64,000 nt of DNA from the NCBI GenBank assembly GCA_041687695.1, contig JAWLBL010000020.1, positions 80,647-144,646 of the forward strand, written 5' to 3'. The notes beneath the pieces are model-generated. The model was not told where the DNA came from, ran no database searches, and saw only the letters and a program-made list of their open reading frames with translations. Position numbers and translations under genes: made by a program. Shown piece after piece: positions 25,842 to 36,517 of the stretch. Every line of letters begins with the position of its first letter. The first letter of the stretch is position 1. The stretch is from Myxococcota bacterium. GTDB taxonomy: Bacteria > Myxococcota_A > UBA9042 > PHBI01 > JAWLBL01.

Positions 25842-28800
25842 TTACTTCGTGAAGTCGACGACCGTGTCACCCTGGCGGATGACGCGGATGAAGTTCGTCG
25901 ACTGCACGGTGTCCTTGGTCTTGTCGGGCTTGAGCCTGAAGCTCGAGATCGGGAACTCGTCCGGGTTGACCTTCGCGGCGTACTCGGCGCTCAGGCGCGA
26001 CCACTTGTTGTAGACGTTCTTGTCGAGCGCCTGCTTGAGCGCCAGCGTGAACGCCGTCAGCGCCTTCTCCTGGATGGGCGCGGCGATCTCCTCGAGCTGG
26101 AACCGGTACTCGTCGATGTCGTCCTCGGTCAGCCCGGGCGGCACCGGCGCGTTGAACAGCCCCTCGGCGAACTCGTAGTACAGCTGGCCCAGGCGGAAGG
26201 CGGCGGCCGCGGCCATGCCCGGATCCTGGAACGCCAGCACCTTGTCGAAGGCGACCGACGTGTCCTGCAGCGCCTCGGCCTTGCCCTTGAGGGTCTTGCC
26301 CAGCAGGTTCATGTCGAAGTCGCCGCGCTTGTTGACCGCCTCGATCTTCATCGCGTCGAAGTCGTCGAACGCGTACTCGGCCAGCTCCAGCGCCGCCATC
26401 GCGGCGTAGGCCTTCGTCGCGTCCTCGGCCTTGCCCGGCTCCTTCTCGTTGAGCTTGTTCCAGTCCTTGAGCGCCCCCTCGAGCAGCTTGGTCGCCACCC
26501 GGCGGTTCTTGACCTTGTCGGCCTTCTTGTAGGCCACGCCCGCCGCCGCGACGGCGCGGATCTTGTACTGGACGTCGCTCTTGCCGAACGCCTTGGCCAC
26601 CTTCTCGAAGGTCTTGGCCGCCTCGATCTGCGCCTTGGGGTCGTCCTTGCGGCTGATGGTCTCGGCGCTCTGGAAGGCCACGACCGACGCGTCCTCCTTC
26701 TTCGGGAACAGCTTCACGTACCGCTCGAAGGTGTCGTGCGCCTTGTCGTACTCCTCGAGCGCCGCGTAGATGAGGCCGGCGTTCCGGATGGCGTCCGACG
26801 CCTGCTCGTTCTCCTTGAACCGCTCCATCTCGATGAAGGCGGTCGCGGCCTCGGCGAACTGCGTCTGGTTCTCGTACAGCACGCCGATGTCGAACTGGGC
26901 CTTCACCGCCACCTCCTCCTTGGGGTAGCGCTTGATGACCTCCTCGTACGCCTCGACCGCCTGCGGGAACCGACGCGCCGACTCGTGGATGACGCCGACG
27001 TTGTACAGCGCCGCCGACGCAAGCTTCGGGTTGGACCGGCCGAACTCGTCGACGATCTCACGCTGCACGCGCACCGCCTCGTCGAACATCCGCTGCTTGG
27101 TCAGGTCGCGGGCGTGCTCGGTCTTGGCGATGGCGATCATCTGCTCGAGCTCTTCCTTCGTCTTGACCTTGAAGTTGCGCTCCTTGATGAGCTTGCGCGC
27201 CCACTCCTCGATCTTCTCCCAGTGCTTCAGACGCGCGTAGCAGTCGATGATGACGTTCACCGCGACGCTGGCCATCCGGTGCTTGGGGTACAGATCGAAG
27301 ATGACCATCAGACGCTCGACCGCGTCCCGGAACTCGCCGTGCATGTAGAAGGTCTGCGCGGCGATGAACATGATGTTCGGGATCATCTTGCCGCGGTCCG
27401 GGTACTTCTTGCGGAAGGCCTCGTCCTGGAGCGCCGTGTTCATGACCTTGACGTAGGCGTCGGCGGCCGCGATGTAGCGCTGCTCGAGGTCGTGCAGCGG
27501 CGTCTTCGGAATCGGCGCCATCTCGTCCTTGAGGTCGCGCTTCTCCTCGACGTACTCGATCTCGCCCTGCTTGACCTCGGGGCGCAGCCCCGCCTTCACC
27601 ATCAGGCCTTCGATGGCGTAGACCGCGCCCAGCGCCGCGTCCTCGACGAACTCGCCCTTGCTGTCGCGGCTGATGACCTTCTCATACTGGGCGGCCGCCT
27701 TCTCGTAGTCCTTGATCTGATCGTACAGGATCTCGGCGTAGTAGAAGCTGAGCTTGTAGGCCTCCTTGTGCTCCGGGAACCGGTCCAGGAACATCGCGTA
27801 GTAGTGCGCGGCGCGCTCGTACTGCGGCCCGGAGGGCTTCTTCTGGTCGTCGGCCTTCTGCGCGTCCTGGTGGTAGTGGTTCGCCAGGAAGAACAGGTTG
27901 GTCGCCATCAGGTCGTTGGCGGCCTGCCCGACGTCCGCGTTGCCCTTGTTGGCGTTGCGCCACGCGCCCTTGTCGTCCAGGAAGGCGACGAGGGTGTTGA
28001 TCTCGGTCTCGATCTCACCCATGTCGCCGATCTTGCGGCGCAGCTCCATGATGGCGTCGAAGTACTCGACGACCTTCGCGGCCACCTTGTCGTGGTCGAT
28101 GAGGTGCTTGTAGAGGTCGATGGCCTCGTCGTCGCGGTCCTTCGACCCGAGCAGCCCGGCCATGCGGTCGAGCTTCTTGTAGGTGTCGACCTCGCCGACC
28201 TGCTTCATGAAGTAGTCGCGCGCCATGCGCCAGCCGTTGTCCAGCTCGGCGTAGGTCACGACCAGGTCGTTCAGGGCCTGCTCGCGGAACTCGACGATGT
28301 TCTGCTTTTCGACCGCCGCGACGACCTTCTTGAAGGTGTCGATGGTCTTCTCGTACTCGGTCAGGTTGAAGTAGACCCAGCCGAGCTTGTAGAGCGCGTA
28401 GTTGTACAGCGGGCTGTTCGGAAAGCTCTGGATGATCTTCTCGTAGTTGGTCTTCGCGTAGAACAGCGAGTCCGTCTCGAAGAAGTACTCACCCAGCGCC
28501 AGGTGGCTCTCGGCGATGAACCGGCTCTTCGGGTGCTGCTGCACCAGGTCCTGCAGGTGCTTGACGCCTTCCTTGGTCAGCTGCGAGTCCTTGCGCCCGC
28601 GTCCGGCCTGCATCGCCGCCTTGCCGAGGTAGTACATGACCTCGTCGATGCGGTTGTAGGCCGGGAACTGGGCCAGCACCTGCCGGTAGTAGCCAAGCGC
28701 GACGCTGTAGTCCTCGACCGGCTCCGTCGGCTCTTCGGCGCAGCGCTTCTCCTCGAAGCACGTCATGTTCTTGTCGTAGGTGTCGCGCGCCAGCAGGTAC

Positions 28801-29156
28801 TGGTACTTCGACTCCTCCCAATGCGCCTCGGCGAGGCGGAACAGCACGTCCGCCTTCTTCTCGCTGGGCGGCCCCTGCGCGAGGAGCTTGTCGAGCGTGT
28901 CGATCTTCTTCTGCCGCAGCTCGCTCATCTTCGCCTGGATGGCCTTGGCCTTCTCATCGAAGTTCGCGCGCTCGAGCTGATCGAGGGAGAACCCGCCCTT
29001 GCCGGCGAGGGGCTTGCCGCCCTCCGGGGCCGCGGGCGCGGTCTCGGCGGCCGGAGCGGCCGGCTGGGCCCAGACCACCGGCGCCCCGATGGGCATGGTG
29101 ATCAGGACGGCGACGGGGACGACCTTGGTCCTCAGGAGCCGGGACAACCTGCGCAT
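25842..29156 (-). CDS. Large periplasmic TPR protein, GltD/AgmU-like
   Basis: ~1100 aa; DVLFRLAEAHWE, LGEYFF, YALYKLGWVYFN, NAPVPPGL..Y..QLEE...PIQEKA..YNKWS blocks. Confidence 0.8.
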   Translation of the reverse strand: MRRLSRLLRTKVVPVAVLITMPIGAPVVWAQPAAPAAETAPAAPEGGKPLAGKGGFSLDQLERANFDEKAKAIQAKMSELRQKKIDTLDKLLAQGPPSEKKADVLFRLAEAHWEESKYQYLLARDTYDKNMTCFEEKRCAEEPTEPVEDYSVALGYYRQVLAQFPAYNRIDEVMYYLGKAAMQAGRGRKDSQLTKEGVKHLQDLVQQHPKSRFIAESHLALGEYFFETDSLFYAKTNYEKIIQSFPNSPLYNYALYKLGWVYFNLTEYEKTIDTFKKVVAAVEKQNIVEFREQALNDLVVTYAELDNGWRMARDYFMKQVGEVDTYKKLDRMAGLLGSKDRDDEAIDLYKHLIDHDKVAAKVVEYFDAIMELRRKIGDMGEIETEINTLVAFLDDKGAWRNANKGNADVGQAANDLMATNLFFLANHYHQDAQKADDQKKPSGPQYERAAHYYAMFLDRFPEHKEAYKLSFYYAEILYDQIKDYEKAAAQYEKVISRDSKGEFVEDAALGAVYAIEGLMVKAGLRPEVKQGEIEYVEEKRDLKDEMAPIPKTPLHDLEQRYIAAADAYVKVMNTALQDEAFRKKYPDRGKMIPNIMFIAAQTFYMHGEFRDAVERLMVIFDLYPKHRMASVAVNVIIDCYARLKHWEKIEEWARKLIKERNFKVKTKEELEQMIAIAKTEHARDLTKQRMFDEAVRVQREIVDEFGRSNPKLASAALYNVGVIHESARRFPQAVEAYEEVIKRYPKEEVAVKAQFDIGVLYENQTQFAEAATAFIEMERFKENEQASDAIRNAGLIYAALEEYDKAHDTFERYVKLFPKKEDASVVAFQSAETISRKDDPKAQIEAAKTFEKVAKAFGKSDVQYKIRAVAAAGVAYKKADKVKNRRVATKLLEGALKDWNKLNEKEPGKAEDATKAYAAMAALELAEYAFDDFDAMKIEAVNKRGDFDMNLLGKTLKGKAEALQDTSVAFDKVLAFQDPGMAAAAAFRLGQLYYEFAEGLFNAPVPPGLTEDDIDEYRFQLEEIAAPIQEKALTAFTLALKQALDKNVYNKWSRLSAEYAAKVNPDEFPISSFRLKPDKTKDTVQSTNFIRVIRQGDTVVDFTK

Positions 29157-29345
29157 GGCGCGTTCTCTCCTCGAGATGGGGACACGGTTCACGGCGCGGA
29201 GCTTCGCACCTTTGTCTCCGCGCGTCACGCCGGGGAACAGGCGTGACGGCGACGATTCGTGCCCGGGGGCTTGACGGGTCTTGGCGGCGAGGGGCGTGGA
29301 TACGACGAGGCGCACCCGAAGGTGCGCCCCATCATGGCCCGAGGC

Positions 29346-31265
29346 CTAGTTCTGCTCGCGGACGCACTGGTCCTTGATGAAGGATCGGTGGTAGCCGATC
29401 TCGTCCTTCCAGTACTCGCCCTCGAAGGGCCACTCCCAGGTGTCCGACCCGACGATGGCGACCGTGCCGCCCGACTCGGCGGTCGGCGGCGGCGTCGTCG
29501 TCTCCTCGTCGCCGTTGAGGGCCTCGAGCTTCTTGGCCTCTTCCTCGATGCGGAGGTCACCGAGGTCGACCTCGATCTCGAGCTTCTTCTGGTCGTAGTC
29601 GGCCAGGACGCCCTCGGTCTCCTTCAAGATGCGCTGGATCTTGATGCCGAGCTCGCGCGTCCGGTCCTTGTGGAGCGCCTCGAGCTTGGTCGCGATCTCC
29701 TGACCGAAGCCGCCCAGCGCCTGGCCCTTGGACGCGATGATCTTCTGCTCGTGCTCGATCTGCTTGAGGGTCTTGTACAGGTTGTAGAACTCGACGTTCC
29801 CCAGCACCGGCGCGGCCAGCTCGCGCGGCAGCCCCGACGACTGCTTGCCGCTGACCGTCGAGACCAGCGCGTCGTAGTAGTCCTCGGGCCGCACCGTCTT
29901 GAGCAGGAAGTCCTTGAGCGGCACGCCGAGGGGAGTGACCTCCTTGGCGTACTGCGCGAGGGCCTCCTCGGCCGACTCGAAGTGGCACAGGTTCATGTAG
30001 ACCGTGGCCTCGAGGATCCACAGCTCGGGATAGAACTGGTGCTTGAAGTACGGGCTGTGCAGGGTCTGGAACGTGCCGAGGGCGCGCGAGTAGTCGCCCT
30101 TGACGAAGTACACCCACGCGCTCTCGTACAGCGCCGTGGCCTGCTTGGCCGTCCCCTTGGGCACCTTGCGGTAGTAGTAGATGGCCGCGTCGGCGTCGCC
30201 GACCTCGTACGCGATGCGGGCGAGCGCCAGGAAGGCGAGGTCCTTGACCTCGGGGTCCGTCGCGTTCTCCTCGGTCGCGATGATGGCCTTCTGGAAGGAC
30301 TGCACCGCCGACTTGGCCAGCTGATTGCGGATCTCGACCAGGCCCTTGAGATACTGGGCGCGCGCGTAGTCGGGCGCCTGCGGGCTGACCGCGTCGAGGT
30401 ACTTCAGCGCCTGCGACCAGTTGTTGTAGTCGAAGTAGAACTCACCCAGGACGTAGTTGAACTCGTCCTGGAAGCCGCGGCTGAAGTTGTCGACGAAGAA
30501 CCGGGTCATCTCCTCGAGATCCGGCGGCGAGTAGTTCACCTTGCGCCGGAGCTCGCGGAGCTGCTGGAAGGCCGTCTGGAAGAAGGGGCGCTCGGGGCCG
30601 GCCAGGACGACCTCGACCAGCTCCTTGGCGGCAGCCTGGTACAGGCCCGCCTTCACCAGCGCGTTGGCGATGCCGAACTTGGCGAGGTAGGCCTCCTCGC
30701 TGTCGGGGGCGAAGCCGCCCTGCTCGACGAACTTCTGGAAGGCCTGGATCGACTCGACGAACTTGCCCTGGTCGGCCAGCGCGCGTCCGGTGGCCAGAAC
30801 GCCCTTGGCGAAGGCCGCGCGCTGGGCCTCCTCGGCCTTCTTGCGCTCTTCGAGCAGCTTGAGGGCCTCGAGGCGCATCTGCTCCTCGCGGGCCTTCTTC
30901 TGCTCCTCGGTCTCCACCGGCTCGGTCGGGCCGGTCGGCGTCGTCTCACCCGGGCCCGTCTGCTCGCCGCCCGGCTGCTTGCCGAAGCGGTTGGGCGTCG
31001 AGAGCATGAACTTGAGGACCTTCTCGTCGACGCTGGCCTTCTTGAGCGCCAGGATGTCCGTGACGGTCAGGTTGAAGACGGTCTTGTCCTTCTCGATGGC
31101 CTTGATGATCTCGTCGGCCTGGATGCCGAGCTTGGTCAGCGTGACCACCTCGTCCTGCGTAATCGCCAGGGCCGACTTCGGCCCGAGCAACGTGCCGAGG
31201 CCCAACGACCCGAGGCTCAGGAGGGTGACGAGGGTCCGCGAAAAACGGGCTCGCGAAAGGATCAT
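29346..31265 (-). CDS. Periplasmic TPR protein, GltC-like
   Basis: LALARIAYE, ALYESAW, ALG...LHSPYF...YPE, and terminal WPFEGEYWKDEIGY motif. Confidence 0.8.
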   Translation of the reverse strand: MILSRARFSRTLVTLLSLGSLGLGTLLGPKSALAITQDEVVTLTKLGIQADEIIKAIEKDKTVFNLTVTDILALKKASVDEKVLKFMLSTPNRFGKQPGGEQTGPGETTPTGPTEPVETEEQKKAREEQMRLEALKLLEERKKAEEAQRAAFAKGVLATGRALADQGKFVESIQAFQKFVEQGGFAPDSEEAYLAKFGIANALVKAGLYQAAAKELVEVVLAGPERPFFQTAFQQLRELRRKVNYSPPDLEEMTRFFVDNFSRGFQDEFNYVLGEFYFDYNNWSQALKYLDAVSPQAPDYARAQYLKGLVEIRNQLAKSAVQSFQKAIIATEENATDPEVKDLAFLALARIAYEVGDADAAIYYYRKVPKGTAKQATALYESAWVYFVKGDYSRALGTFQTLHSPYFKHQFYPELWILEATVYMNLCHFESAEEALAQYAKEVTPLGVPLKDFLLKTVRPEDYYDALVSTVSGKQSSGLPRELAAPVLGNVEFYNLYKTLKQIEHEQKIIASKGQALGGFGQEIATKLEALHKDRTRELGIKIQRILKETEGVLADYDQKKLEIEVDLGDLRIEEEAKKLEALNGDEETTTPPPTAESGGTVAIVGSDTWEWPFEGEYWKDEIGYHRSFIKDQCVREQN

Positions 31266-31311
31266 GCGTGGTTCTCCTCGAGGCGTTGGAGCTTGCTGGA
31301 CCGGGTCGCCG

Positions 31312-32025
31312 TCACTGCGGGGCCGCGGTGAAGAAGCTCACGCCCAGGGTGATCTCGACCGGCATCGCCACACCGCCCGTCTCGGCGGGGTAGGCGTACT
31401 GGCGATAATCCAGGCGCAACGACAGGGCCTCGCTCAGGTAGAAGCGGACGCCCAGGCCGATGTTGCCCGACACGTCGATCTTCGACTCCTCGAGGCGCGT
31501 CTCCTCGTCGACGATGGTCGTCGCGATGGCGCCGGCGCCGAAGGCCACGTGGAAGTCGAAGTGAGAGAGCTTGTCCGTGAACAGGCCGATCTTGCCGTGG
31601 ATCGGGCTCCACAGGACGTCCACGCCCGCCAGCCAGTTCAGGGTCTGCGGGATCTCGACCAGGATGTTGTACAGCGTGTTCTGCTCGAGGAAGTCCTTGA
31701 GATCGCTGTTGACCGTCACCAGGTAGGAGCCCCAGGCCTCGACGGCGAAATCCTCGGCGAAGTAGTAGTCCCAGCGCCCGCCGATCGGGTAGTACGAGAA
31801 GAACTCGTCGTTCGGGATGACACCCGAAAACAGCGTGAACTCGTGGCGCGACTCCTTGAGGAACTCGCGCTTCTGCAGCGTCTTGATCTCGCGCTTTCGC
31901 GCCCAGTACAGGTCCAGCGCCTCGTCGACCGCGGCGGTGTCCTGCGGCTGGGCGAGCGCGCCCGAAGGGGGAAGCGCCAGGGTGGCGGCCAAGCAGGACC
32001 CGAGCAGCGTCTTGACGATCTTCAT
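31312..32025 (-). CDS. Outer-membrane beta-barrel protein, GltA/GltB-like
   Basis: Signal peptide, LQKREFLK..RHE, NDEF, WSPIHGK, HFDF, GLGVRFY, terminal GVSFF. Confidence 0.8.
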   Translation of the reverse strand: MKIVKTLLGSCLAATLALPPSGALAQPQDTAAVDEALDLYWARKREIKTLQKREFLKESRHEFTLFSGVIPNDEFFSYYPIGGRWDYYFAEDFAVEAWGSYLVTVNSDLKDFLEQNTLYNILVEIPQTLNWLAGVDVLWSPIHGKIGLFTDKLSHFDFHVAFGAGAIATTIVDEETRLEESKIDVSGNIGLGVRFYLSEALSLRLDYRQYAYPAETGGVAMPVEITLGVSFFTAAPQ

Positions 32026-32177
32026 CGCGAGCATCCTCTCGTTGTTGCGCTTCAACCCACGGCGGCGAGGCGCGCTAGAGCACAGACAAAGGTGGCGCCG
32101 TCCGCGTGGCCCCGAGGGCGTCGCGGTGGGCGACTGAAGGGCAGGGGAGGCGCCGACGGGGGCGCGACCCGGGGACC

Positions 32178-33923
32178 TCACTGGTTGCAGGAGCCGCAGA
32201 CGGCGCCTCCGGCGAGGCACTCACCGTCGCAGCAGGTGCCTCCGCTGCCATCGAGGCACGCCATGTTGTTGGGCAGCTCGAGCTCGCCGCGGCACAGCTG
32301 GGTCTCCTCGGAGCACCCCGTCTGACACACGCCGTCCCCTTCGAGGCCGCAGTCGACGTCCGCAGCGCAGGGCTTGCGGATGACGAGCCGCTTGTCCCAG
32401 GTGCTGCCGCCCGCGTTCGAGAACGTCTTGAGCTGCGCCTGGCTCACCAGCTTGCTCTCCGGGCTGATGTCCACCCGGCCACCGAGCGCGTACTGGCCGC
32501 CACGCGGCGTGCCGAACGGAGGGGCCGAGTTGCTCTTGAACACCGGCGCCGGCACCGACGCCTGCCACACGCCCTGGAGGCTGAGGCGCACGTTGGTCAT
32601 CGCGCTCGACAGCGCCTTCTGGAACTCGACCACGTTGGTGGTCGACAGCTCGTTCGAGTTGATGAACTGGTAGTGGCCGTTGGTCAGGCAGGCGATCTCC
32701 TGCTGCCGCGGGTCCGGGCCCGGGTAGCCGAAGGACTCGAACTGCACGAAGTGGATGTGGACCGCCGGCAGGTTAGGGTTGGCCTTGTCCTCCTCGAGGC
32801 GGCGGATGATCTCGCTGACCTTCTCGGAGGTACAGGTCCCCTTGTCGCAGCTCGTGAAGGACTCGGACTCACGCAGGCAGGTGTCCGGCCCGTCGGTGAG
32901 GATGACGATGTGGTTGGTGCGGTTGAGGTCGCGCTTCTGCGTCAAGTAGCCGTAGGCCTGGTTCACCGCGTACCACAGGTTCGAGCGGCCGCCCGAGCTG
33001 CTGTTGCGCAGCGCCTCGAGGCCGTCCGTCCAGATCTTCTGGTTCGAGCGGCCGAAGCACATGTCGAGGGCCTCGTTCCAAGGCAGCCCCTCGACCTCGG
33101 GCATGGAGCAGGCCGTCGTCATGTTGTCGGCGCCCGAGCCGATGCCCTCTCCGAAGGCGAGCACGCCGAAGCGGTCCGAGGGGTTGAGCTTGTTGATGAA
33201 CTCCTCGACCACGGCGATGCGGCGGTGCGTGTAGTCCGAGGCGACCTGGCTGAAGTTGGGCTCCGGGTCGAAGGTCCCGGGCGTGCCCTCCTTGAGGTCG
33301 CTCTCCTTGACCAGGCCGCGGATGGAGGCGGTGTGGTCGACGAGGAAGACGATGTTGTGGCCCGAGGAGTGGGCCGCCGAGCGGGACTTGGCGAACGGCT
33401 GATAGGCGATGCCGGACGCGCTGAGCGTCGTATCGGCCATGCACGTCCCGGGGGAGGCGTCGGGCAGCCCGTCGATGCAGTCGATCGTGAAGTCGAGGGT
33501 CTGCTGGTTGACCTTGATGGCGTCGCTGCGCGAGCCGAGGACCTCGACCGTGTTGATGATGTCGCCCGGTCGGATCGAGTTGTCCGCGTCCAGGCTGTCG
33601 CTGGAGCCGGGGCGACCCTTGCGGGGCGAGGACACCATCACGAAGTTGACGAGGAAGCCGTCGGGGTCGCCCCCGACCGCCGGGTCCATCGCGCACTGGC
33701 GGACCAGCTGGCCGTTCTGCTGCACGGCCGGATACGCGCTGACCACGACCAGGTCCTGGAACACCGTGCGGTTCGGGTTGAAGCGCGCGTTGGTGTCGCA
33801 GGCCGGGCCGGCCGCGGTGGCGGCGAGGCATCCGACGAGGGCCGCCGCGAAGCGAGACCGAACGCCCGGCGACGCGTCCCGGAGCCCCTGGGTTGTGTGC
33901 TGACCGTTCGCGCGTTCTGCCAT
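32178..33923 (-). CDS. VWA-domain, Cys-rich lipoprotein (CglB-like adhesin candidate)
   Basis: Lipobox-like GPAC; IVFLVDHTAS (altered MIDAS), IVILTDGPD, IACLTNGHYQF; Cys-rich C-terminus. Confidence 0.65.
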   Translation of the reverse strand: MAERANGQHTTQGLRDASPGVRSRFAAALVGCLAATAAGPACDTNARFNPNRTVFQDLVVVSAYPAVQQNGQLVRQCAMDPAVGGDPDGFLVNFVMVSSPRKGRPGSSDSLDADNSIRPGDIINTVEVLGSRSDAIKVNQQTLDFTIDCIDGLPDASPGTCMADTTLSASGIAYQPFAKSRSAAHSSGHNIVFLVDHTASIRGLVKESDLKEGTPGTFDPEPNFSQVASDYTHRRIAVVEEFINKLNPSDRFGVLAFGEGIGSGADNMTTACSMPEVEGLPWNEALDMCFGRSNQKIWTDGLEALRNSSSGGRSNLWYAVNQAYGYLTQKRDLNRTNHIVILTDGPDTCLRESESFTSCDKGTCTSEKVSEIIRRLEEDKANPNLPAVHIHFVQFESFGYPGPDPRQQEIACLTNGHYQFINSNELSTTNVVEFQKALSSAMTNVRLSLQGVWQASVPAPVFKSNSAPPFGTPRGGQYALGGRVDISPESKLVSQAQLKTFSNAGGSTWDKRLVIRKPCAADVDCGLEGDGVCQTGCSEETQLCRGELELPNNMACLDGSGGTCCDGECLAGGAVCGSCNQ

Positions 33924-34253
33924 GTCGTCCACCTCGTCTTGGGCCCCAATCGGGCCATGCCGGCGTCGGCCTGGCGTTCCGCCTGGCCGGGACCCTCCGG
34001 ACGCCCAGTGACGGGCCCCCGGAAATCGGGTCGCGATCATTCAGAAGACGCCGTCCTGTTGTCAAGCCGGTTATCGTGGAACTTCACGGACATGCGCCGC
34101 CTCGGGCCGCGGTCGCCGGGCTGACGCAACCCCGCCATAGCATTGGGTTCGTTCCAGCTAACCGCCCCCTCCGGGGGCTCTGCGCGCCGGCCGGGACGGT
34201 CCGCACGCAAGGGCCCTCTGCGGCGACAATCTCGAGGCCCGCGCTATGCTTGG

Positions 34254-34282
34254 TTGACTCCGCGCAGGCCGCTCTCTAGCAT
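34254..34282 (+). promoter_or_regulatory. Putative sigma70-type promoter for the first Ig-like lipoprotein
   Basis: TTGACT-17 bp-TAGCAT, with GAGGAG RBS before ATG 34343. Confidence 0.5.
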
Positions 34283-34342
34283 CCTGCGGTCGTAGACGGC
34301 CCGCCGGCGGAAGCAGGGGCGCCCAGGACCGAGGAGCTCGGC

Positions 34343-36472
34343 ATGACCAGACCCATCACGCGTTTGCCTTTCGTCCTCTCGCTCTTCGCGGGCCTGGCGC
34401 TGAGCCTGGGGGCGTGCTCCGACTCGAGCGACGGGGACTGCCCGCCCGGCTCGGACTTCTGCGTCGCCAAGCGTCCCGAGATCGACGTCCAGCGCCTGGG
34501 CCAGAGCTGGACCACCGGGACCAAGCTCGAGTTCGACATCGGTACGGTCGGCGTGCAGTCGATCGTCTCCCGCGTCGACCTCGTCAACGTCGGCGAGCTC
34601 GAGCTCGAGATCTACGAGGTCTCGGTGACGTCGGACCCACCGGGGGCCTTCGTGCTGGTCCCGACGTCCGGTGCGCTCCCTGAGGCGGGCGCGCCGGTGA
34701 AGGTCGCGGGCGCAGGGGCGGCAGGCACGACGGCCTCGTGGTCCTTCGACATCCTCTACACCCGTCCCCAGGGCGCCTCCGCCGTCCAGGGGCAGCTGGT
34801 CGTACGCTCCAACTCGCGCACGGCGACGGACACTGCGAACGACAACCTGACGTTCCAGCTCGGGACCGCTCAGTCCAAGCCGCAGATCACGATCAGCCCC
34901 ACCATCGCCGACTTCGGCAACGTCGGCGCCGGCAGCGTCGAGAACATCGACGTCAAGATCTTCAACACCGGCAGCGACCCGCTCATCATCGACGGCTTCA
35001 CGCTCTCGGGTCCGTCGGTCTTCAGCGTCCAGGACGGGCAGGGGATCTGGGCCGCGTCGGCCGAGACGGCGTCCGAAGGTGTCGCCCTCGAGAAGCCCTG
35101 GGAGATCCCTCCGGCCGGCACCTACTCGGTGCGCGTGAAGTTCGAGCCCGTCGACGGCCAGGCCGCCAACGGCGAGCTGCGCTTCGTCTCGAACGACCCG
35201 ACCGGGCCGTCGCTCGTGACCCTCAAGGGCAACGTGGGCGGACCCTGCATCTCGATCTCTCCCAAGACGGTCAATTTCGGCGGCAAGCTGGTCGGCGCCG
35301 ATGCGACCATCGACGTCGAGATCCTCTCCTGCGGTGACCAGGCCCTGAACATCACGGGCATCCGGCTCCTCGAGGGCGCCTCCCCGGACTTCTCGCTCGA
35401 CCTCAGCAAGCTCTCCGCCTCGACGACCAACGCCAGCATCCTGACCCCCGACGAGCCGGCGGTCTCCATCCCGGTCAACAAGACGGGACGCTTCACCGTC
35501 AAGTTCATCCCCGACGAGGTCAACCAGCTGGTGGACGGCAAGGCCGTACCCGACCTGGCCCAGATCGAAATCCTCAGCGACACGTTCGTCGGGACCTCCG
35601 TGCTGGACGTCCAGGGCTACGGCGTCGAGGTCGAGTGCCCCACGGCCATCATCAAGGTGGCCGAGGGCGAGGAGGTCGTGCCGCAGACCAAGCTGCACCT
35701 GAACGGCGAGCAGAGCTTCGCGTCGACCGGACCCATCGCCAGCTACCAGTGGAGCGTCGAGCAGCCAGAGGGTTCGACCTCCCTCTTCCTGCCCAGCGCG
35801 ACGGCTCCGAACGCGAACTTCGAGGCCAACATCGCCGGCATCTACACCTTCCGCCTCGACGTCTGGGACCAGAACGGCGTCAAGTCGTGCGAGCCGGCCG
35901 TCTACACGGTGATCGTCAACCCCGATCAGGCCATCCACATCGAGGCGCTGTGGGACACCCCCGGCGACCCCGACCAGTCTGACGAGGGCCCCGAGGCGGG
36001 CGCCGACGTCGACCTCCACTTCCTGCATCCGTTCGCCACCGGCTACGACATCGACGGCGACGGGAAGCTGGACGGCTGGTTCGACAACCCCTTCGACGTG
36101 TACTGGTTCAACCCGAACCCCGACTGGGGGGCGTTCGGCAACCCGGACGACAACCCCAGCCTCGACCGTGACGACACCGACGGCGCGGGTCCCGAGAACA
36201 TCAACCTGAACCTGCCCGAAGACGGCATGGTGTACCGCGTCGGCGTCCACTACTGGAACGACCACGGGTTCGGGGTCAGCAGCGTGACCGTGCGCATCTA
36301 CGTCTTCGGCTCCCTCAAGCACGAGATCTCCGGGCTCGAGATGTCGAACCACGAGTTCTGCGAGCTCGCGACGATCGACTGGCCCAGCACGGTCATCGCG
36401 CCCATCCTGGGCAAGAACGGCGGCTACAAGTGCACGCCGAACTTCGAGCACCCGCTGTTCGTCGGGCAGTGA
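34343..36472 (+). CDS. Lipoprotein with Ig-like (choice-of-anchor D/Hydin-like) repeats, PKD-like domain and YfaP/DUF2135-like C-terminus
   Basis: Lipobox LGAC; repeats of P..vDFG.V...I.N.G..L.I...SNDP; YQWSVEQP..GIYTFRL; DVDLH...LDRDDTDGAGPENI. Confidence 0.75.
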   Translation: MTRPITRLPFVLSLFAGLALSLGACSDSSDGDCPPGSDFCVAKRPEIDVQRLGQSWTTGTKLEFDIGTVGVQSIVSRVDLVNVGELELEIYEVSVTSDPPGAFVLVPTSGALPEAGAPVKVAGAGAAGTTASWSFDILYTRPQGASAVQGQLVVRSNSRTATDTANDNLTFQLGTAQSKPQITISPTIADFGNVGAGSVENIDVKIFNTGSDPLIIDGFTLSGPSVFSVQDGQGIWAASAETASEGVALEKPWEIPPAGTYSVRVKFEPVDGQAANGELRFVSNDPTGPSLVTLKGNVGGPCISISPKTVNFGGKLVGADATIDVEILSCGDQALNITGIRLLEGASPDFSLDLSKLSASTTNASILTPDEPAVSIPVNKTGRFTVKFIPDEVNQLVDGKAVPDLAQIEILSDTFVGTSVLDVQGYGVEVECPTAIIKVAEGEEVVPQTKLHLNGEQSFASTGPIASYQWSVEQPEGSTSLFLPSATAPNANFEANIAGIYTFRLDVWDQNGVKSCEPAVYTVIVNPDQAIHIEALWDTPGDPDQSDEGPEAGADVDLHFLHPFATGYDIDGDGKLDGWFDNPFDVYWFNPNPDWGAFGNPDDNPSLDRDDTDGAGPENINLNLPEDGMVYRVGVHYWNDHGFGVSSVTVRIYVFGSLKHEISGLEMSNHEFCELATIDWPSTVIAPILGKNGGYKCTPNFEHPLFVGQ

Positions 36473-36517
36473 CCGGACGCGGGACCCGACCTTGGTCGGG
36501 TTCCCATCCGTCGCCAG

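Noticed and set aside
24753..29246. Very long shadow ORFs (1497 aa here; also 3886-6996, 20846-23530, 39109-42366 and others)
   Set aside because: Antisense or frameshifted mirrors of well-supported genes; stops are rare at this GC content and the translations lack motifs
33924..34342. Riboswitch or ncRNA in the divergent intergenic region
   Set aside because: Only promoter-like hexamers seen; no recognisable riboswitch consensus by eye (an Rfam scan would settle it)
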